Virus record (IMG/VR): IMGVR_UViG_3300031963_009771
Coordinates: 1 to 64,000 of that record
DNA from: an uncultured virus (IMG/VR IMGVR_UViG_3300031963_009771)
Lineage: Duplodnaviria > Heunggongvirae > Uroviricota > Caudoviricetes
Length of the DNA: 64,000 bases
Direction: 5' to 3' (one strand)
In this document: in pieces, positions 8,349-18,487 of the stretch
Layout: each line of letters begins with the position of its first letter
Position numbering within the stretch: the stretch's first letter is position 1
Made by a program: the position numbers and the translations under genes
The notes under the pieces: model-generated
The model's database searches: none
What the model was told of the DNA's origin: nothing
The model's input: the letters and a program-made list of their open reading frames with translations, nothing else

Positions 8349-10447
8349 TGGCGTTTCCTTTTTATAAAAGTATAGATTCATATATAGTAAGTGAGTTAAG
8401 GGCTAGATCATCAGAAAATAATGTTCAGCTATCAAAATTAGTGCCTTGGATTAAAGCAACAACAAGTTTAGAAGGAAGGTATTCAATAGGAACTGATTCG
8501 TATTCAACTTTATTTGATGGTAGTTCAACTGATGCTTATCGTAATACTTCTGAATGGAGATATAGACCTAATCCCATCATAACGGATTTCTCTGTGGATT
8601 TTGCTAGTAGGGGAACGTTGAGGAGATGCACATTAAAAATAAAATGTTTTACACCGGAGCAATTAAGATTGATTCAACAAAATTTTTTAGAACCCGGTAT
8701 AAGTGTGTATGTTCAATGGGGTTGGAATTATTCAGTTAGAACAAATAAAGCAATTGGGCCAACTGATGTAAGTGCGGGTACTGTTCAAAAATACAATAGA
8801 AATGCAGCTGAATTAAATAGTATAAGAGCGGCCAATCAAGGTTGTTATGATAATTTCGTTGGAATAATCGGTGGAGGAGAATCAACTATATCTGGATTAG
8901 AATTTGATGTTGATGTAAAGATGGTTTCGTTAGGAGAAATTTTAATGGGAAAAAGTGGAGAAACTGTAACACCGACAACAACTGCCGAACCTATAAAACC
9001 ATTAAGCCATCCGGATGGTAAAGCATCATTAGAACAAAGTAGAAATAGAAAATTAAATTGGGTGTATTGTTACGATCAATTACCTGATGAATTAAGAAAT
9101 AATAATACTCTTAAAATAGAAGATACATTTAAGTATGATTCTGATTTTATAAATTATAATGAAAGTTTAGTTACTGAAGCAAAGGAGGAAACTAGTGAAG
9201 GATGGTTTAGTGGTAATTTGACATTTAAGGGAAAATCTTTTGAAGCAGCTGATGCTGATAATCCAATCAATGGGGGTAAATTTATGAGTTTTGATGCATT
9301 TATTAAATTGATGAATGCAGCTAGAATTAAGTTAAGTTCGGCTAATGTTGATTTCTCAATAGACATTTCAAACACTTATATTGGTGGATTTTCTAGAATT
9401 TTTTCTACCGATGAAAGAATTTTTATTCCTAATTCGACTTGTTACAATTATTTGGACGATATTATTTTATTAAATCCATCCGGTGCTCCATCCGGAACTG
9501 CATTGGATACATCAGTAAATGGTAGATCATTTCCAAAGACCGGTGCTACTACGGTGACATTCGAAGGTCAATCGGTAACTTTGCCAGCCGGTAAACATGG
9601 TTGGATTGGGGATGTTTATATCGAAAATGAAATGGCAATGGAGGCATTAAAGGATCAAACCACTCCAATAAAAGAAGTTTTAGATGGTGTTTTAAAAAAA
9701 ATGGAAGAAGCAGTAGAAGGGCTTTGGTCGTTTCAAATACTAGAAGATAATTCAGGTACAACAAAATTAAGAATTGCTGATGCAAATTTAAGAAATGTAA
9801 GAAGTGGAAATGGTGGATCAAATGTTGAAGTATTTGATATGTTTGGGACAAATAGTTTCTTTTTAAATGCGAGTTTTAATTTAGACATTCCGAAAGAAAT
9901 GGCTAGTAAAGTGTATATGGAAAAATCAGTTGATAACGTTCAATCAACCAATGAATTGACTGGAATATTTTCATCTAAAAAAGATGTTGTATTAGGAAAA
10001 TTGAATAAAGAAGCATATGATTCTACCGTAAAAACTCCGGAGGAAGAAGACCCTAAACAAAAATGGATTGAATTCCGAAGAAATATAAAATTATTAGTAA
10101 ACCCCAAAATAATTTCAGTTGCAGATATAGAAGATGGTAATATGGATGAATGGGCGATATGTGGTAGTTTCTTAAATAAAAGAAAATTTAACGACATAAG
10201 AAAAGCAGATTTGGGATATACCGGAGGGGGTGAAGTTTATAATGGAAGAACTTTACCAGTAGGATTTGATTTTAGTGTATTAGGTATGAGTGGTTTCCAA
10301 GTCGGTCATCTATTTAGTGTAAAGGGGTTACCTCCACAATATGGTATTGGAAGAGGAGCATTTCAGGTAGAAGAAATAACCCACAAAATTGATGGTAAGC
10401 AATGGGTTACGGATGTTAAGAGTCATTTTAGACCTTTTTATAAGTAA
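8348..10447 (+). CDS. Baseplate hub-like protein
   Basis: Follows LysM-like gene; FLEPGISVYVQWGW; C-terminal LGMSGFQVG...FQVEEITHKIDGKQWVT. Confidence 0.65.
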   Translation: MAFPFYKSIDSYIVSELRARSSENNVQLSKLVPWIKATTSLEGRYSIGTDSYSTLFDGSSTDAYRNTSEWRYRPNPIITDFSVDFASRGTLRRCTLKIKCFTPEQLRLIQQNFLEPGISVYVQWGWNYSVRTNKAIGPTDVSAGTVQKYNRNAAELNSIRAANQGCYDNFVGIIGGGESTISGLEFDVDVKMVSLGEILMGKSGETVTPTTTAEPIKPLSHPDGKASLEQSRNRKLNWVYCYDQLPDELRNNNTLKIEDTFKYDSDFINYNESLVTEAKEETSEGWFSGNLTFKGKSFEAADADNPINGGKFMSFDAFIKLMNAARIKLSSANVDFSIDISNTYIGGFSRIFSTDERIFIPNSTCYNYLDDIILLNPSGAPSGTALDTSVNGRSFPKTGATTVTFEGQSVTLPAGKHGWIGDVYIENEMAMEALKDQTTPIKEVLDGVLKKMEEAVEGLWSFQILEDNSGTTKLRIADANLRNVRSGNGGSNVEVFDMFGTNSFFLNASFNLDIPKEMASKVYMEKSVDNVQSTNELTGIFSSKKDVVLGKLNKEAYDSTVKTPEEEDPKQKWIEFRRNIKLLVNPKIISVADIEDGNMDEWAICGSFLNKRKFNDIRKADLGYTGGGEVYNGRTLPVGFDFSVLGMSGFQVGHLFSVKGLPPQYGIGRGAFQVEEITHKIDGKQWVTDVKSHFRPFYK

Positions 10448-10450
10448 ATT

Positions 10451-10831
10451 ATGATTGATAATTATAAAAAATTAAAAACAATACCTATTAAGAATAGAAC
10501 ACCTAAAGCATATTTCCCTAATCCAAATAATAGAGATTATGAAATAGGTTTTATTAGAAGGTATTTTACTCAAATGAGAGCTACACCCGGTGCACCTATA
10601 TTTGAAATAAGTGAGGATACATATGCTGATTATTCAGATACTCCTTATTATGTTGGTGTAAAAATAAATTGGAAAATTACCGGTGATTTAGAAGATACAT
10701 ATACTGAAAATGGTGAATATATCCCATCGGTTCATACTGTAAATTCATTATCAATTATAGAAGGAGAAAAAATAATACCAGAATTGAATTTATATTTGGT
10801 AAATACAAAACAATTTCATAGATTAGTATAG
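10451..10831 (+). CDS. Hypothetical protein (baseplate region)
   Basis: 126-aa ORF with P-x-x-x-DY-x-x-GFIRRYF motif. Confidence 0.7.
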   Translation: MIDNYKKLKTIPIKNRTPKAYFPNPNNRDYEIGFIRRYFTQMRATPGAPIFEISEDTYADYSDTPYYVGVKINWKITGDLEDTYTENGEYIPSVHTVNSLSIIEGEKIIPELNLYLVNTKQFHRLV

Positions 10832-10854
10832 TTATAAATAAACAACAAAGTTAT

Positions 10855-11637
10855 ATGGCAAATTTTAAACATCTATCGGATTTAGAAATCCAACAAATGA
10901 CCTTCGATTGGAGGTATAGAGGTTTCACCACTTTAGATTTATTAACTGAAGAAGAGTGTGATGAAATCAACGATGAATTAGAAAGATTAAGACAGGAAAG
11001 AAAAGGAACACTAACACCAGAAGGAAAAGATTGGGGTGAGTGGGATCCATTTGCATATCCACATAAGATTTCTGAAAAATTAGAAAAATTATTTGTTCAT
11101 CCAAAGATTATCGAGGCGTGTGAATTCTTAATGGAAGGTGAGATAGTTGGTATGCAAACTTGGGCATACTTTAAACCACCGGGACAATTGGGTAGAGATA
11201 TGCACCAAAATGCATTCTATACAGGATGTGGACACAACGAAATTATCAATACTGCATTGGCTTTAGATAATCATGACGCGGGGAATGGGGCAGTATGGAA
11301 TTACGAAGGTTCTCATAGATTACCAACCTTACCAATTGAAGTTGATGAGGAGAGAACAAAAACTAACCCATCATTTTGGAGAAACGAAAGAGGTAAACCG
11401 TGTGTAATGCCGGAGGGACATGATTTTCGTAAAGTAGAAGGAGTTCTTAAAAAGGGACAAGTTGTATTATTACATTCTCATTGTGTGCATGGTTCAGAAG
11501 CGAATGACTCAAAGAGATTCAGAAGAAACTTTTTAGGTGGTTACTTAAAAAAAGGAGCATACTTCAATCAGGGTTCACATATGAAAAGAGAGCCAATCGA
11601 ATTGAAACCTTTGCAAGAAAAGTATTGGAATTCTTAA
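10855..11637 (+). CDS. Phytanoyl-CoA dioxygenase (PhyH)-family Fe(II)/2OG oxygenase
   Basis: FKPPG, HQN, ALALD, NGAVWNYEGSH, GQVVLLHSHCVHGSEANDS. Confidence 0.85.
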   Translation: MANFKHLSDLEIQQMTFDWRYRGFTTLDLLTEEECDEINDELERLRQERKGTLTPEGKDWGEWDPFAYPHKISEKLEKLFVHPKIIEACEFLMEGEIVGMQTWAYFKPPGQLGRDMHQNAFYTGCGHNEIINTALALDNHDAGNGAVWNYEGSHRLPTLPIEVDEERTKTNPSFWRNERGKPCVMPEGHDFRKVEGVLKKGQVVLLHSHCVHGSEANDSKRFRRNFLGGYLKKGAYFNQGSHMKREPIELKPLQEKYWNS

Positions 11638-11655
11638 AAATTATTCGTATATTTG
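11625..11655 (+). promoter_or_regulatory. Bacteroidota-type promoter
   Basis: TTG(11625)-N20-TATATTTG(11648-55). Confidence 0.75.
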
Positions 11656-11661
11656 TTTCCT

Positions 11662-12903
11662 ATGGTAAAATTCGTAGAGAACAAACAAAGCGGTAAAGAA
11701 TTTCTAAAAGAATACACTTCTAAAAAAAGTGTAATATTTCCCTTATTCCAAAATAGAAAAGAGCACCCCATAGTGAATAAACTATTGGGTGCTTTTGTTT
11801 TTATCGGTGATGATTGTTATGTTTTAACGAATGGACATAATGATGTGGTAGATGCACCATTAGGAGCATTGACTTCGGGCGATGCACCTAAATTTATATT
11901 TGATAGTAAATGGTTTCTACATCAGTTAAACCTACCAAACTCACATAGTGTAGATGTATTGTATCATCTTAAAGAATTCAAAACATTTGAGTATGATATG
12001 ATATATAATTCTTTTACAAAGGGGTATCGGAATAGAGATGATTTAAGTTTTATACCAATCAGCACACTCATTAAATATGTAACTGATTTTGTAAAAGAAA
12101 ACATTAAGTATGCGGATACAAAGGGGGTTGGGGGTTATGAGTTTTACAATCATTTAGTCCTACCTGAATTCCAAAAGATAGAGGGGAATGGAATACCAAC
12201 TACATTTGGATATGAATACTCCCTCTACAACAACTTTACAACCACAGGGCGACCTTCAAATACTTTCGGAGGGGTAAACTACTCCGCACTAAATAAATCG
12301 GATGGCAGTAGAGATTATATCGTTTCTAAAAGGGGTGAATTAGTTCAATACGATTTCGATGGATACCACGTCCGTCTGATAGCAAATTTAGTAGGAGAAT
12401 CTATACCCGAAGATTCCGCACATGAATGGTTGGGCAAACAATATTTTGGGAAAACCGTATTAAGTGATGAGGATTACCTTAATAGTAAGAAACTTACTTT
12501 CCAACAATTATATGGTGGGATAGATGTAGAAAATTTAGAAATACCATTCTTCCAAAAGACGGATGTATTCATTAAGGAGATGTATAAGAGGTTTTTGATT
12601 AATGGTTATTTGGAAACAAAGGTTGGAAAAAGAATTCCTTTCCAAAGAATTGATAACCATAATCCGCAAAAGGTATTTAACTATTATTTGCAATCGCTGG
12701 AAACCGAAACAAATGCATTTTTAATTAAAAAGATTAATAAATTACTTAAATACAAAGAAACCAAATTGGTTTTATATACCTATGATTCGTTTTTATTCGA
12801 TGTTGATGATGGGGAAACAGCTATTTTAGATGAAATAAAAGCAATTTTGGAAACCATTGCTCCGATTGAAGTGTTAAAAAGTAAGACTTATGGAAATATT
12901 TAA
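11662..12903 (+). CDS. Short family A DNA polymerase-like protein
   Basis: TTTGRPS, motif A YDFDGYHVRL, motif B SKKLTFQQLYG, NYYLQSLE, motif C YTYDSFLFD; start placed at ATG 11662 after promoter. Confidence 0.8.
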   Translation: MVKFVENKQSGKEFLKEYTSKKSVIFPLFQNRKEHPIVNKLLGAFVFIGDDCYVLTNGHNDVVDAPLGALTSGDAPKFIFDSKWFLHQLNLPNSHSVDVLYHLKEFKTFEYDMIYNSFTKGYRNRDDLSFIPISTLIKYVTDFVKENIKYADTKGVGGYEFYNHLVLPEFQKIEGNGIPTTFGYEYSLYNNFTTTGRPSNTFGGVNYSALNKSDGSRDYIVSKRGELVQYDFDGYHVRLIANLVGESIPEDSAHEWLGKQYFGKTVLSDEDYLNSKKLTFQQLYGGIDVENLEIPFFQKTDVFIKEMYKRFLINGYLETKVGKRIPFQRIDNHNPQKVFNYYLQSLETETNAFLIKKINKLLKYKETKLVLYTYDSFLFDVDDGETAILDEIKAILETIAPIEVLKSKTYGNI

Positions 12904-12939
12904 TACTTATATGTGAGAAAAAGTATTAATTATTTTTAA

Positions 12940-13335
12940 ATGAAAACACAGTTACTATGCACATTTGCGGAGACGGATAGTTTACAAGATATACTTCAAA
13001 AAGTTAGAGAAAACTATAAAATTGTTTACAACTATATCTACATCCTGCAAAATAAAACTTCGTTAGAAGAGTTATATATAACTTATAATATAGATGTTGA
13101 TTTTAGGCCGCCGGTTCAATTAGAAAATACGATTTTAGTTCATCGTAAAAAACAATCAAACACACTATATACTATTAACGCTTTAAACCAACTTATTAAA
13201 GAAGAAAATGGTGGAGTGTTAGATACAAATTTTTCATTAGATTGGGATAAATTTAAAAACTCAATCATTCTAACCGGAGCGACTGGTATTAGAAAGATAC
13301 CGACAAGAATATTCCAAAAGATTGAATTCAATTAA
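12940..13335 (+). CDS. Hypothetical protein
   Basis: 131 aa; LLCTF, HRKKQSNTLYTINALN. Confidence 0.75.
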   Translation: MKTQLLCTFAETDSLQDILQKVRENYKIVYNYIYILQNKTSLEELYITYNIDVDFRPPVQLENTILVHRKKQSNTLYTINALNQLIKEENGGVLDTNFSLDWDKFKNSIILTGATGIRKIPTRIFQKIEFN

Positions 13336-13343
13336 TAGAAAAA

Positions 13344-16300
13344 ATGATTGATGTTAATAAAATAATAGATGAAATTTTATTAGAGCATTCTCAAAAATAC
13401 CCTATACCTTCGTTGAAAGAAAAGGTGCAGGTTGAGAATCTAATAGAGTGTTGTTACAAGTTAGGATATGGACGATATGCGGGAATCATATCTGAAATTT
13501 TTATTAATGAAGCCGAACCCCCAAAAAAGCCGCAGAGTGATGGTGAAGGTGAATCAAAAGATTTTCCTGGTAAGTTTCATTTAGGGGGTGGTTACTATTC
13601 ATCCAAAGAAGGTGGGGAAGTAGAATTTAAAAACGATAACGGTAATTTAAGACCCGTAACTCCAGAAGAAAAAGCAGAGTTTGAAAAAAAATTAGGTGGA
13701 GGAGATGAAAAAGAGCCAACTGATTCTAAACAACCAACCGAACAACCACCTGCAGAAAAAAGTCCGGAAGAAAAAGAAAAAGAAGATGCAATTAAAAGTG
13801 AACCCGAAAAGGTTTTAAACAATCCTGATGCATCGGCGAGAGATAGAGCGAGAGCAGGTTCATCAAAGAGAAAAAGGGATATATTAAAAGCAAAGCAAAA
13901 GGATGATCCTGAATTTCAAGCCGAATTAAAAAAGAAGGTTACTGAAAAAAATGAGGAGATTGCAAAAGAATTGACATCTCAAAAGGATAGTGATGGGAAT
14001 ATGTTGGATGCTGAAACAACTGAAAACGGTTCTCTACTTATCGGAGTTGAGCATGGTGAGGGGAATGAAAGCACAAAGAATACAATAGAAAAGATTAAAT
14101 CCTTACCAAAAGATGCAAAAGTAATGTTTGTTGGTGAAGGTGGAGTTGGTTTAGGTGATGATGGTAAAATTGATTTTGTTGGAGAGCAGGCTGAATTAAG
14201 AGACGCGTGTTTAGAACATTTTGATAATGCCAAAGAAGAGAGTTGGGATGAAAATGGTGATGTAAGGAATTCCGATTCACCTATTTTTGATGATATAGCC
14301 AAATCATTTGATGGTAATAAAGAAAAGGCAATGGCATCGGTTTGGACAAATATGGTTGGACAGGGAGATGATTTGGATGCCGATGATTACCTTACTGATG
14401 AAACGAAAGAATGGATTAAGGGAGAAGCGAGAAAAGGTGGAAGTAAAGAGTTTGATGGTGATGTAGATTGGAATAACCTTACATTAGAACAAAAAGAAGA
14501 CCTATATCAACTTAATTATAGAGATGATCAGAACTATGGTGAAACTGATTTATCCAAAGGTCAAAAGGCATTTAATGATTATAGACAAAAGGAGTTAGAT
14601 AGAAAAATAAAAGAAGGGGAAGAAAAAGGATACACTGTAATTGCTACGATGGGTAATTCTCACGTTGGAATGTGGAGAGAAAGAAATAAGAAAAAAGATG
14701 AAACTTTTAAACCCCAATCCTTACGAAATTTACAAAAAGAATTACCCGATGCTGATAAAGAAGTATTCAGTAAAGAATCTGATTTAGATAAAATACCTGC
14801 CGATAAGAGAGAAGAAATTTCTATGAAGATTGATGAGTTGGCGGATAAAGCGAATAAGGGTGAAGATTTTAACCTTTGCCAGGTAACAGTTCCTGGTACA
14901 AACTTATATTGTGATGATAATCAAGGAATTCCGAGAGAAGAGATGCCACAATTCAAAGGCAAACCCTTACCTGGAACTCCCGCTGAAGAACTTCCGAAAG
15001 ATAGTAAAGGTGAAGTAGATACCGAACCTCTTTTCAAAAAAATGTTAAAGGAGAAGGGTATTAAAACCGTTGAAACCGAATTACCTTCCGATAAATTAAA
15101 AGCAACTCAAAGTGAATTAGTTGGTAGTAAAGTAGCAGGAATGACGAAGGCGTTAGAAGAAGACCCTCAAAATCCTGGTATTACTGCACCAATTTATGTA
15201 AGTAGAGATGGATTCGTAATCGATGGACACCATAGATGGGCAGCCGTTACATCTGCGGCTATTAAAGCTGGGAAACCTGCCAATATGAAGGTGATTGTAG
15301 TGGATATGGATATAAAAGATGCCATCCCAATGTGTAACCAATTTGCGGAAGAGCAGGGTATAGCAGCAAAGAAAGCAGATGCTAATGATGGTGAGCAACC
15401 AAAACCAAAAGAACCAAACAAAAAAGAAGGTGGAGTAATTTATCCAATTGGGGGGAACTATTATTCAGATACTCCTAATGGGCCTGCACAATATGTTAAA
15501 TCAGAAAGTGTAGTAAGAGAAGTATTTGAAAACCAAAACGAAAAGTTTATAGGTCTATTGTTCGAAGAAACTGTTACAAAGCAATTACCTGGTGGGGATG
15601 AAATTAGAGTAACACCAATTGATGTTGAGGATCAACCTGAGGCAACTCAAAAAGCGGATGCGGAAGATGTGACAACAGAAGCTCCCGAATCATTTAAAGC
15701 CGCATTAAGTTCAACCGCTGGAAAAAAGGGTGAAGAATTTATTGCTAAGAAGAAAAAAGATTTGAGTAAATTGGTTACACAAATGCTTACTGATGGTAAA
15801 TTAAATTTAATTGGTGAGGATGGGAAACCTATTTCAATTGAAGAAGATGTCTTACAGTCATTAGTAGAAAAGGTTTTTAATGGTGAAGATTTATCAGATG
15901 GTGAAAAAGAAACATTTAATCAAGTCTTTAAATTTGTTACTACTGTATCTGGTGACGTTAAAATATATGTTGCTAACAAAATAGCTGGTAGGCATCCACA
16001 ACAAGGATATAAGAGTATTGAATTAAAGAAAAAGAATGTAGCTATGGGTGAAGCCGTTAGGGCATTCGCTTTAAAAAATGGATTGAATGTAGGTAGATCT
16101 TCCGAAGGAGCTATTGGTAAAAAGGTATTGAATCCAAAGAAAATGGCGAGTTCGGTAAATCCTGATGAGCCGGAAATGATGGTTGAAATTTCAACAACAA
16201 AAAATGGAGTCAATATTGGTGGAAAGGAATTCAAAAGATTTAAAGAAATTGATGAAGAAAGCCTTACACAACAATTAGTTAAGCAAGGATTCACTCAACA

Positions 16301-17567
16301 GGAAGCTGCTAAAAAGGCCCGTTTATTGGCGTTACAAACAATGGCCTATAATCAGAAATTAGGTGATTTGGCCAAAATAGGTGAAGAGTCCGGAGGTAAA
16401 ATACCTATGGCAAATTTCGGAGATGTAACAAATCCAGAAGGCCGTAAACAAACCGCCAATAATATAATAGATGGTGCAATCAAACGCTTTACAACTGAAT
16501 TGGAAGAGTATGGAAAAATGTTTGGTAAAGAAAATCTTCCAGATACACCTGAAAATAAAAAAGTATTTGATACTCTAAATAAATTAAAAGAATTAAATAC
16601 TAATAGTGATTTAGAAAACGATGAAACCGCGAGAGAGGAGTATAAGAAATTATTGAATCAACTATTAGTAGATATGGGAAATTCAAGAGATTTCAAAGAT
16701 GCGGTAGCAGATTTTGCGGAAATTAAAGCAGGATTACAATTCTTATCAGAAGGTAAGCAAGTTTATTTCCCTGCATCAGAAAATTTTCAAACTGCTGATA
16801 TAATTGTAATGCCAGATGAATTTAATGTGAAGCCAAAAGATGGGCAAACTATGGAAGAGGCTATTGCAGAGAACTTACAATTCTATGCCGTTACCGTTAC
16901 ATTCGTTGGAGGATTGAGTGTTAAGTATAAAGGTGGTGGTGGTTCTGCTAATTATTCAAAAATTTTGCAGACAGTTTATAAGAATCCTGAAACACAAGAA
17001 AAATTATTAGGTATTCAATCTATATATTCATTAGCGTATCCAAAGGATAAAAAGGGGCAATTGAACATTAAAAAAGAAGATATAGCTGCGGCTGAAAAAA
17101 GTCTTAATGATACGATTGATTGGGCGATAAAAAATAACATAATTACGCAGGAAGAGGCTGATAAGATAAGATTAATTGGGCAAAAACAGGCGAAAAACAC
17201 TTTAAGTGGAGCATTGAAAAATGTTGCAATGTGTGAGGGGGCTGATAGAGAAGCATTTGAGCAAGCAGTTATATTACATCATACTATGTTACATTTGACC
17301 GCGGTAATTAATAATAGAGATATGTTGTATACCCGATTCAGTAATTTCAATGAAGAGGTATCACAAAATAAGGAAGGTGTTGTTACTAAAGTTAGAGATG
17401 ATATAGCCGATGGCGTTAGTAAACCTTGTTTTATGAATCCACATCATAATCCTGGATTTGACACATCTGACCCCGATGAAAATGATTGTGTAACTGCTGC
17501 ACCAACTAACCAAAATCCATCTCATATTGAATCTGAGCCTCCAAAGAATTTATTATTATTAAAGTAA
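13344..17567 (+). CDS. Large multidomain protein with ParB/Srx-like domain and possible C-terminal nuclease-like domain
   Basis: 1407 aa; LKATQSE...PIYVSRDGFVIDGHHRWAA; C-terminal FAEIKAG...NFQTADII...LSVK. Confidence 0.7.
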   Translation: MIDVNKIIDEILLEHSQKYPIPSLKEKVQVENLIECCYKLGYGRYAGIISEIFINEAEPPKKPQSDGEGESKDFPGKFHLGGGYYSSKEGGEVEFKNDNGNLRPVTPEEKAEFEKKLGGGDEKEPTDSKQPTEQPPAEKSPEEKEKEDAIKSEPEKVLNNPDASARDRARAGSSKRKRDILKAKQKDDPEFQAELKKKVTEKNEEIAKELTSQKDSDGNMLDAETTENGSLLIGVEHGEGNESTKNTIEKIKSLPKDAKVMFVGEGGVGLGDDGKIDFVGEQAELRDACLEHFDNAKEESWDENGDVRNSDSPIFDDIAKSFDGNKEKAMASVWTNMVGQGDDLDADDYLTDETKEWIKGEARKGGSKEFDGDVDWNNLTLEQKEDLYQLNYRDDQNYGETDLSKGQKAFNDYRQKELDRKIKEGEEKGYTVIATMGNSHVGMWRERNKKKDETFKPQSLRNLQKELPDADKEVFSKESDLDKIPADKREEISMKIDELADKANKGEDFNLCQVTVPGTNLYCDDNQGIPREEMPQFKGKPLPGTPAEELPKDSKGEVDTEPLFKKMLKEKGIKTVETELPSDKLKATQSELVGSKVAGMTKALEEDPQNPGITAPIYVSRDGFVIDGHHRWAAVTSAAIKAGKPANMKVIVVDMDIKDAIPMCNQFAEEQGIAAKKADANDGEQPKPKEPNKKEGGVIYPIGGNYYSDTPNGPAQYVKSESVVREVFENQNEKFIGLLFEETVTKQLPGGDEIRVTPIDVEDQPEATQKADAEDVTTEAPESFKAALSSTAGKKGEEFIAKKKKDLSKLVTQMLTDGKLNLIGEDGKPISIEEDVLQSLVEKVFNGEDLSDGEKETFNQVFKFVTTVSGDVKIYVANKIAGRHPQQGYKSIELKKKNVAMGEAVRAFALKNGLNVGRSSEGAIGKKVLNPKKMASSVNPDEPEMMVEISTTKNGVNIGGKEFKRFKEIDEESLTQQLVKQGFTQQEAAKKARLLALQTMAYNQKLGDLAKIGEESGGKIPMANFGDVTNPEGRKQTANNIIDGAIKRFTTELEEYGKMFGKENLPDTPENKKVFDTLNKLKELNTNSDLENDETAREEYKKLLNQLLVDMGNSRDFKDAVADFAEIKAGLQFLSEGKQVYFPASENFQTADIIVMPDEFNVKPKDGQTMEEAIAENLQFYAVTVTFVGGLSVKYKGGGGSANYSKILQTVYKNPETQEKLLGIQSIYSLAYPKDKKGQLNIKKEDIAAAEKSLNDTIDWAIKNNIITQEEADKIRLIGQKQAKNTLSGALKNVAMCEGADREAFEQAVILHHTMLHLTAVINNRDMLYTRFSNFNEEVSQNKEGVVTKVRDDIADGVSKPCFMNPHHNPGFDTSDPDENDCVTAAPTNQNPSHIESEPPKNLLLLK

Positions 17568-17572
17568 ATAAT

Positions 17573-17603
17573 TTGGATAATTGAGTATTTTTTCGTATAT
17601 TTG
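17573..17603 (+). promoter_or_regulatory. Bacteroidota-type promoter
   Basis: TTG-N20-TATATTTG. Confidence 0.75.
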
Positions 17604-17620
17604 TGAAAACAATATATACA

Positions 17621-17974
17621 ATGACAGAAATCCACGAAGAAACCGCAAGAGAGTATTGCGAAAGAGTTTATCCCGAAACGATGGCAGAGTTTGCAAAGAT
17701 TCAAGCGGAAATGTATGAAACCTTTTGTAAGAAGCAAAGAAACTATGGACCTGGTAACATTTCGGTAGGAACACCTTTGGAAACAAAAGATGATATAAAA
17801 CTTTCACTTACAGGTCTTTGGTTTAGAATCAACGATAAAGTTCAAAGATTAAAACAATTAGTAGTATTGGGACAACCAGATGAGGTTGGAGAATCTATAC
17901 AAGATACATACGAAGACCTTTCAGTATATGGTGTAATCGCTCAATTAGTTCAAAGAGGTAAATGGGCGAAGTAA
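17621..17974 (+). CDS. Nucleotide-modification-associated domain 1 (DUF1599/Nmad1-like) protein
   Basis: KKQRNYGPGNI, GLWFRINDKVQRL, ESIQDTYEDLSVYGVI. Confidence 0.75.
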   Translation: MTEIHEETAREYCERVYPETMAEFAKIQAEMYETFCKKQRNYGPGNISVGTPLETKDDIKLSLTGLWFRINDKVQRLKQLVVLGQPDEVGESIQDTYEDLSVYGVIAQLVQRGKWAK

Positions 17975-18417
17975 TGAATTGGGATGAGTATTTCATTAAT
18001 ATAGCTGAGCAAGTAAAGCTCAAATCAAAAGACCAGCGAACACAAATTGGTGTGGTTATTGTTGGTAAGAATAATGAAATAGTATCAACCGGTTACAATT
18101 CATTTCCACGAGGTATAGATGATAATGTTGCAGAAAGACAGGAAAGACCTGAAAAGTATTTTTGGTTTGAACACGCTGAAAGAAATGCAATTTACAACGC
18201 AGCCCGAATAGGAGTATCAACTTTAGGAACTACAATGTATATGACGTGTGGTATTAGTTGTGCAGATTGTGCGAGGGCGATTATCAATAGTGGTGTTTCT
18301 AAAATAGTGTTGAGAAGGGGTAGAGGAGCTACAAATGAGAAGTGGCAGGATTCCGCAAAAAGAAGTGAGCAGATGTTTAAAGAGGCGGGAATAGTGGTAG
18401 AATATTTTGACTTGTAA
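17974..18417 (+). CDS. dCMP deaminase
   Basis: WDEYF, SKD, TGYN, HAERNAI, CADCARAII. Confidence 0.92.
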   Translation: MNWDEYFINIAEQVKLKSKDQRTQIGVVIVGKNNEIVSTGYNSFPRGIDDNVAERQERPEKYFWFEHAERNAIYNAARIGVSTLGTTMYMTCGISCADCARAIINSGVSKIVLRRGRGATNEKWQDSAKRSEQMFKEAGIVVEYFDL

Positions 18418-18487
18418 AATTAAAAAATAAATTATCGTTTTAATATATTTGTATATATTTATATGCGAATCTCCTTATCTCCATCTT

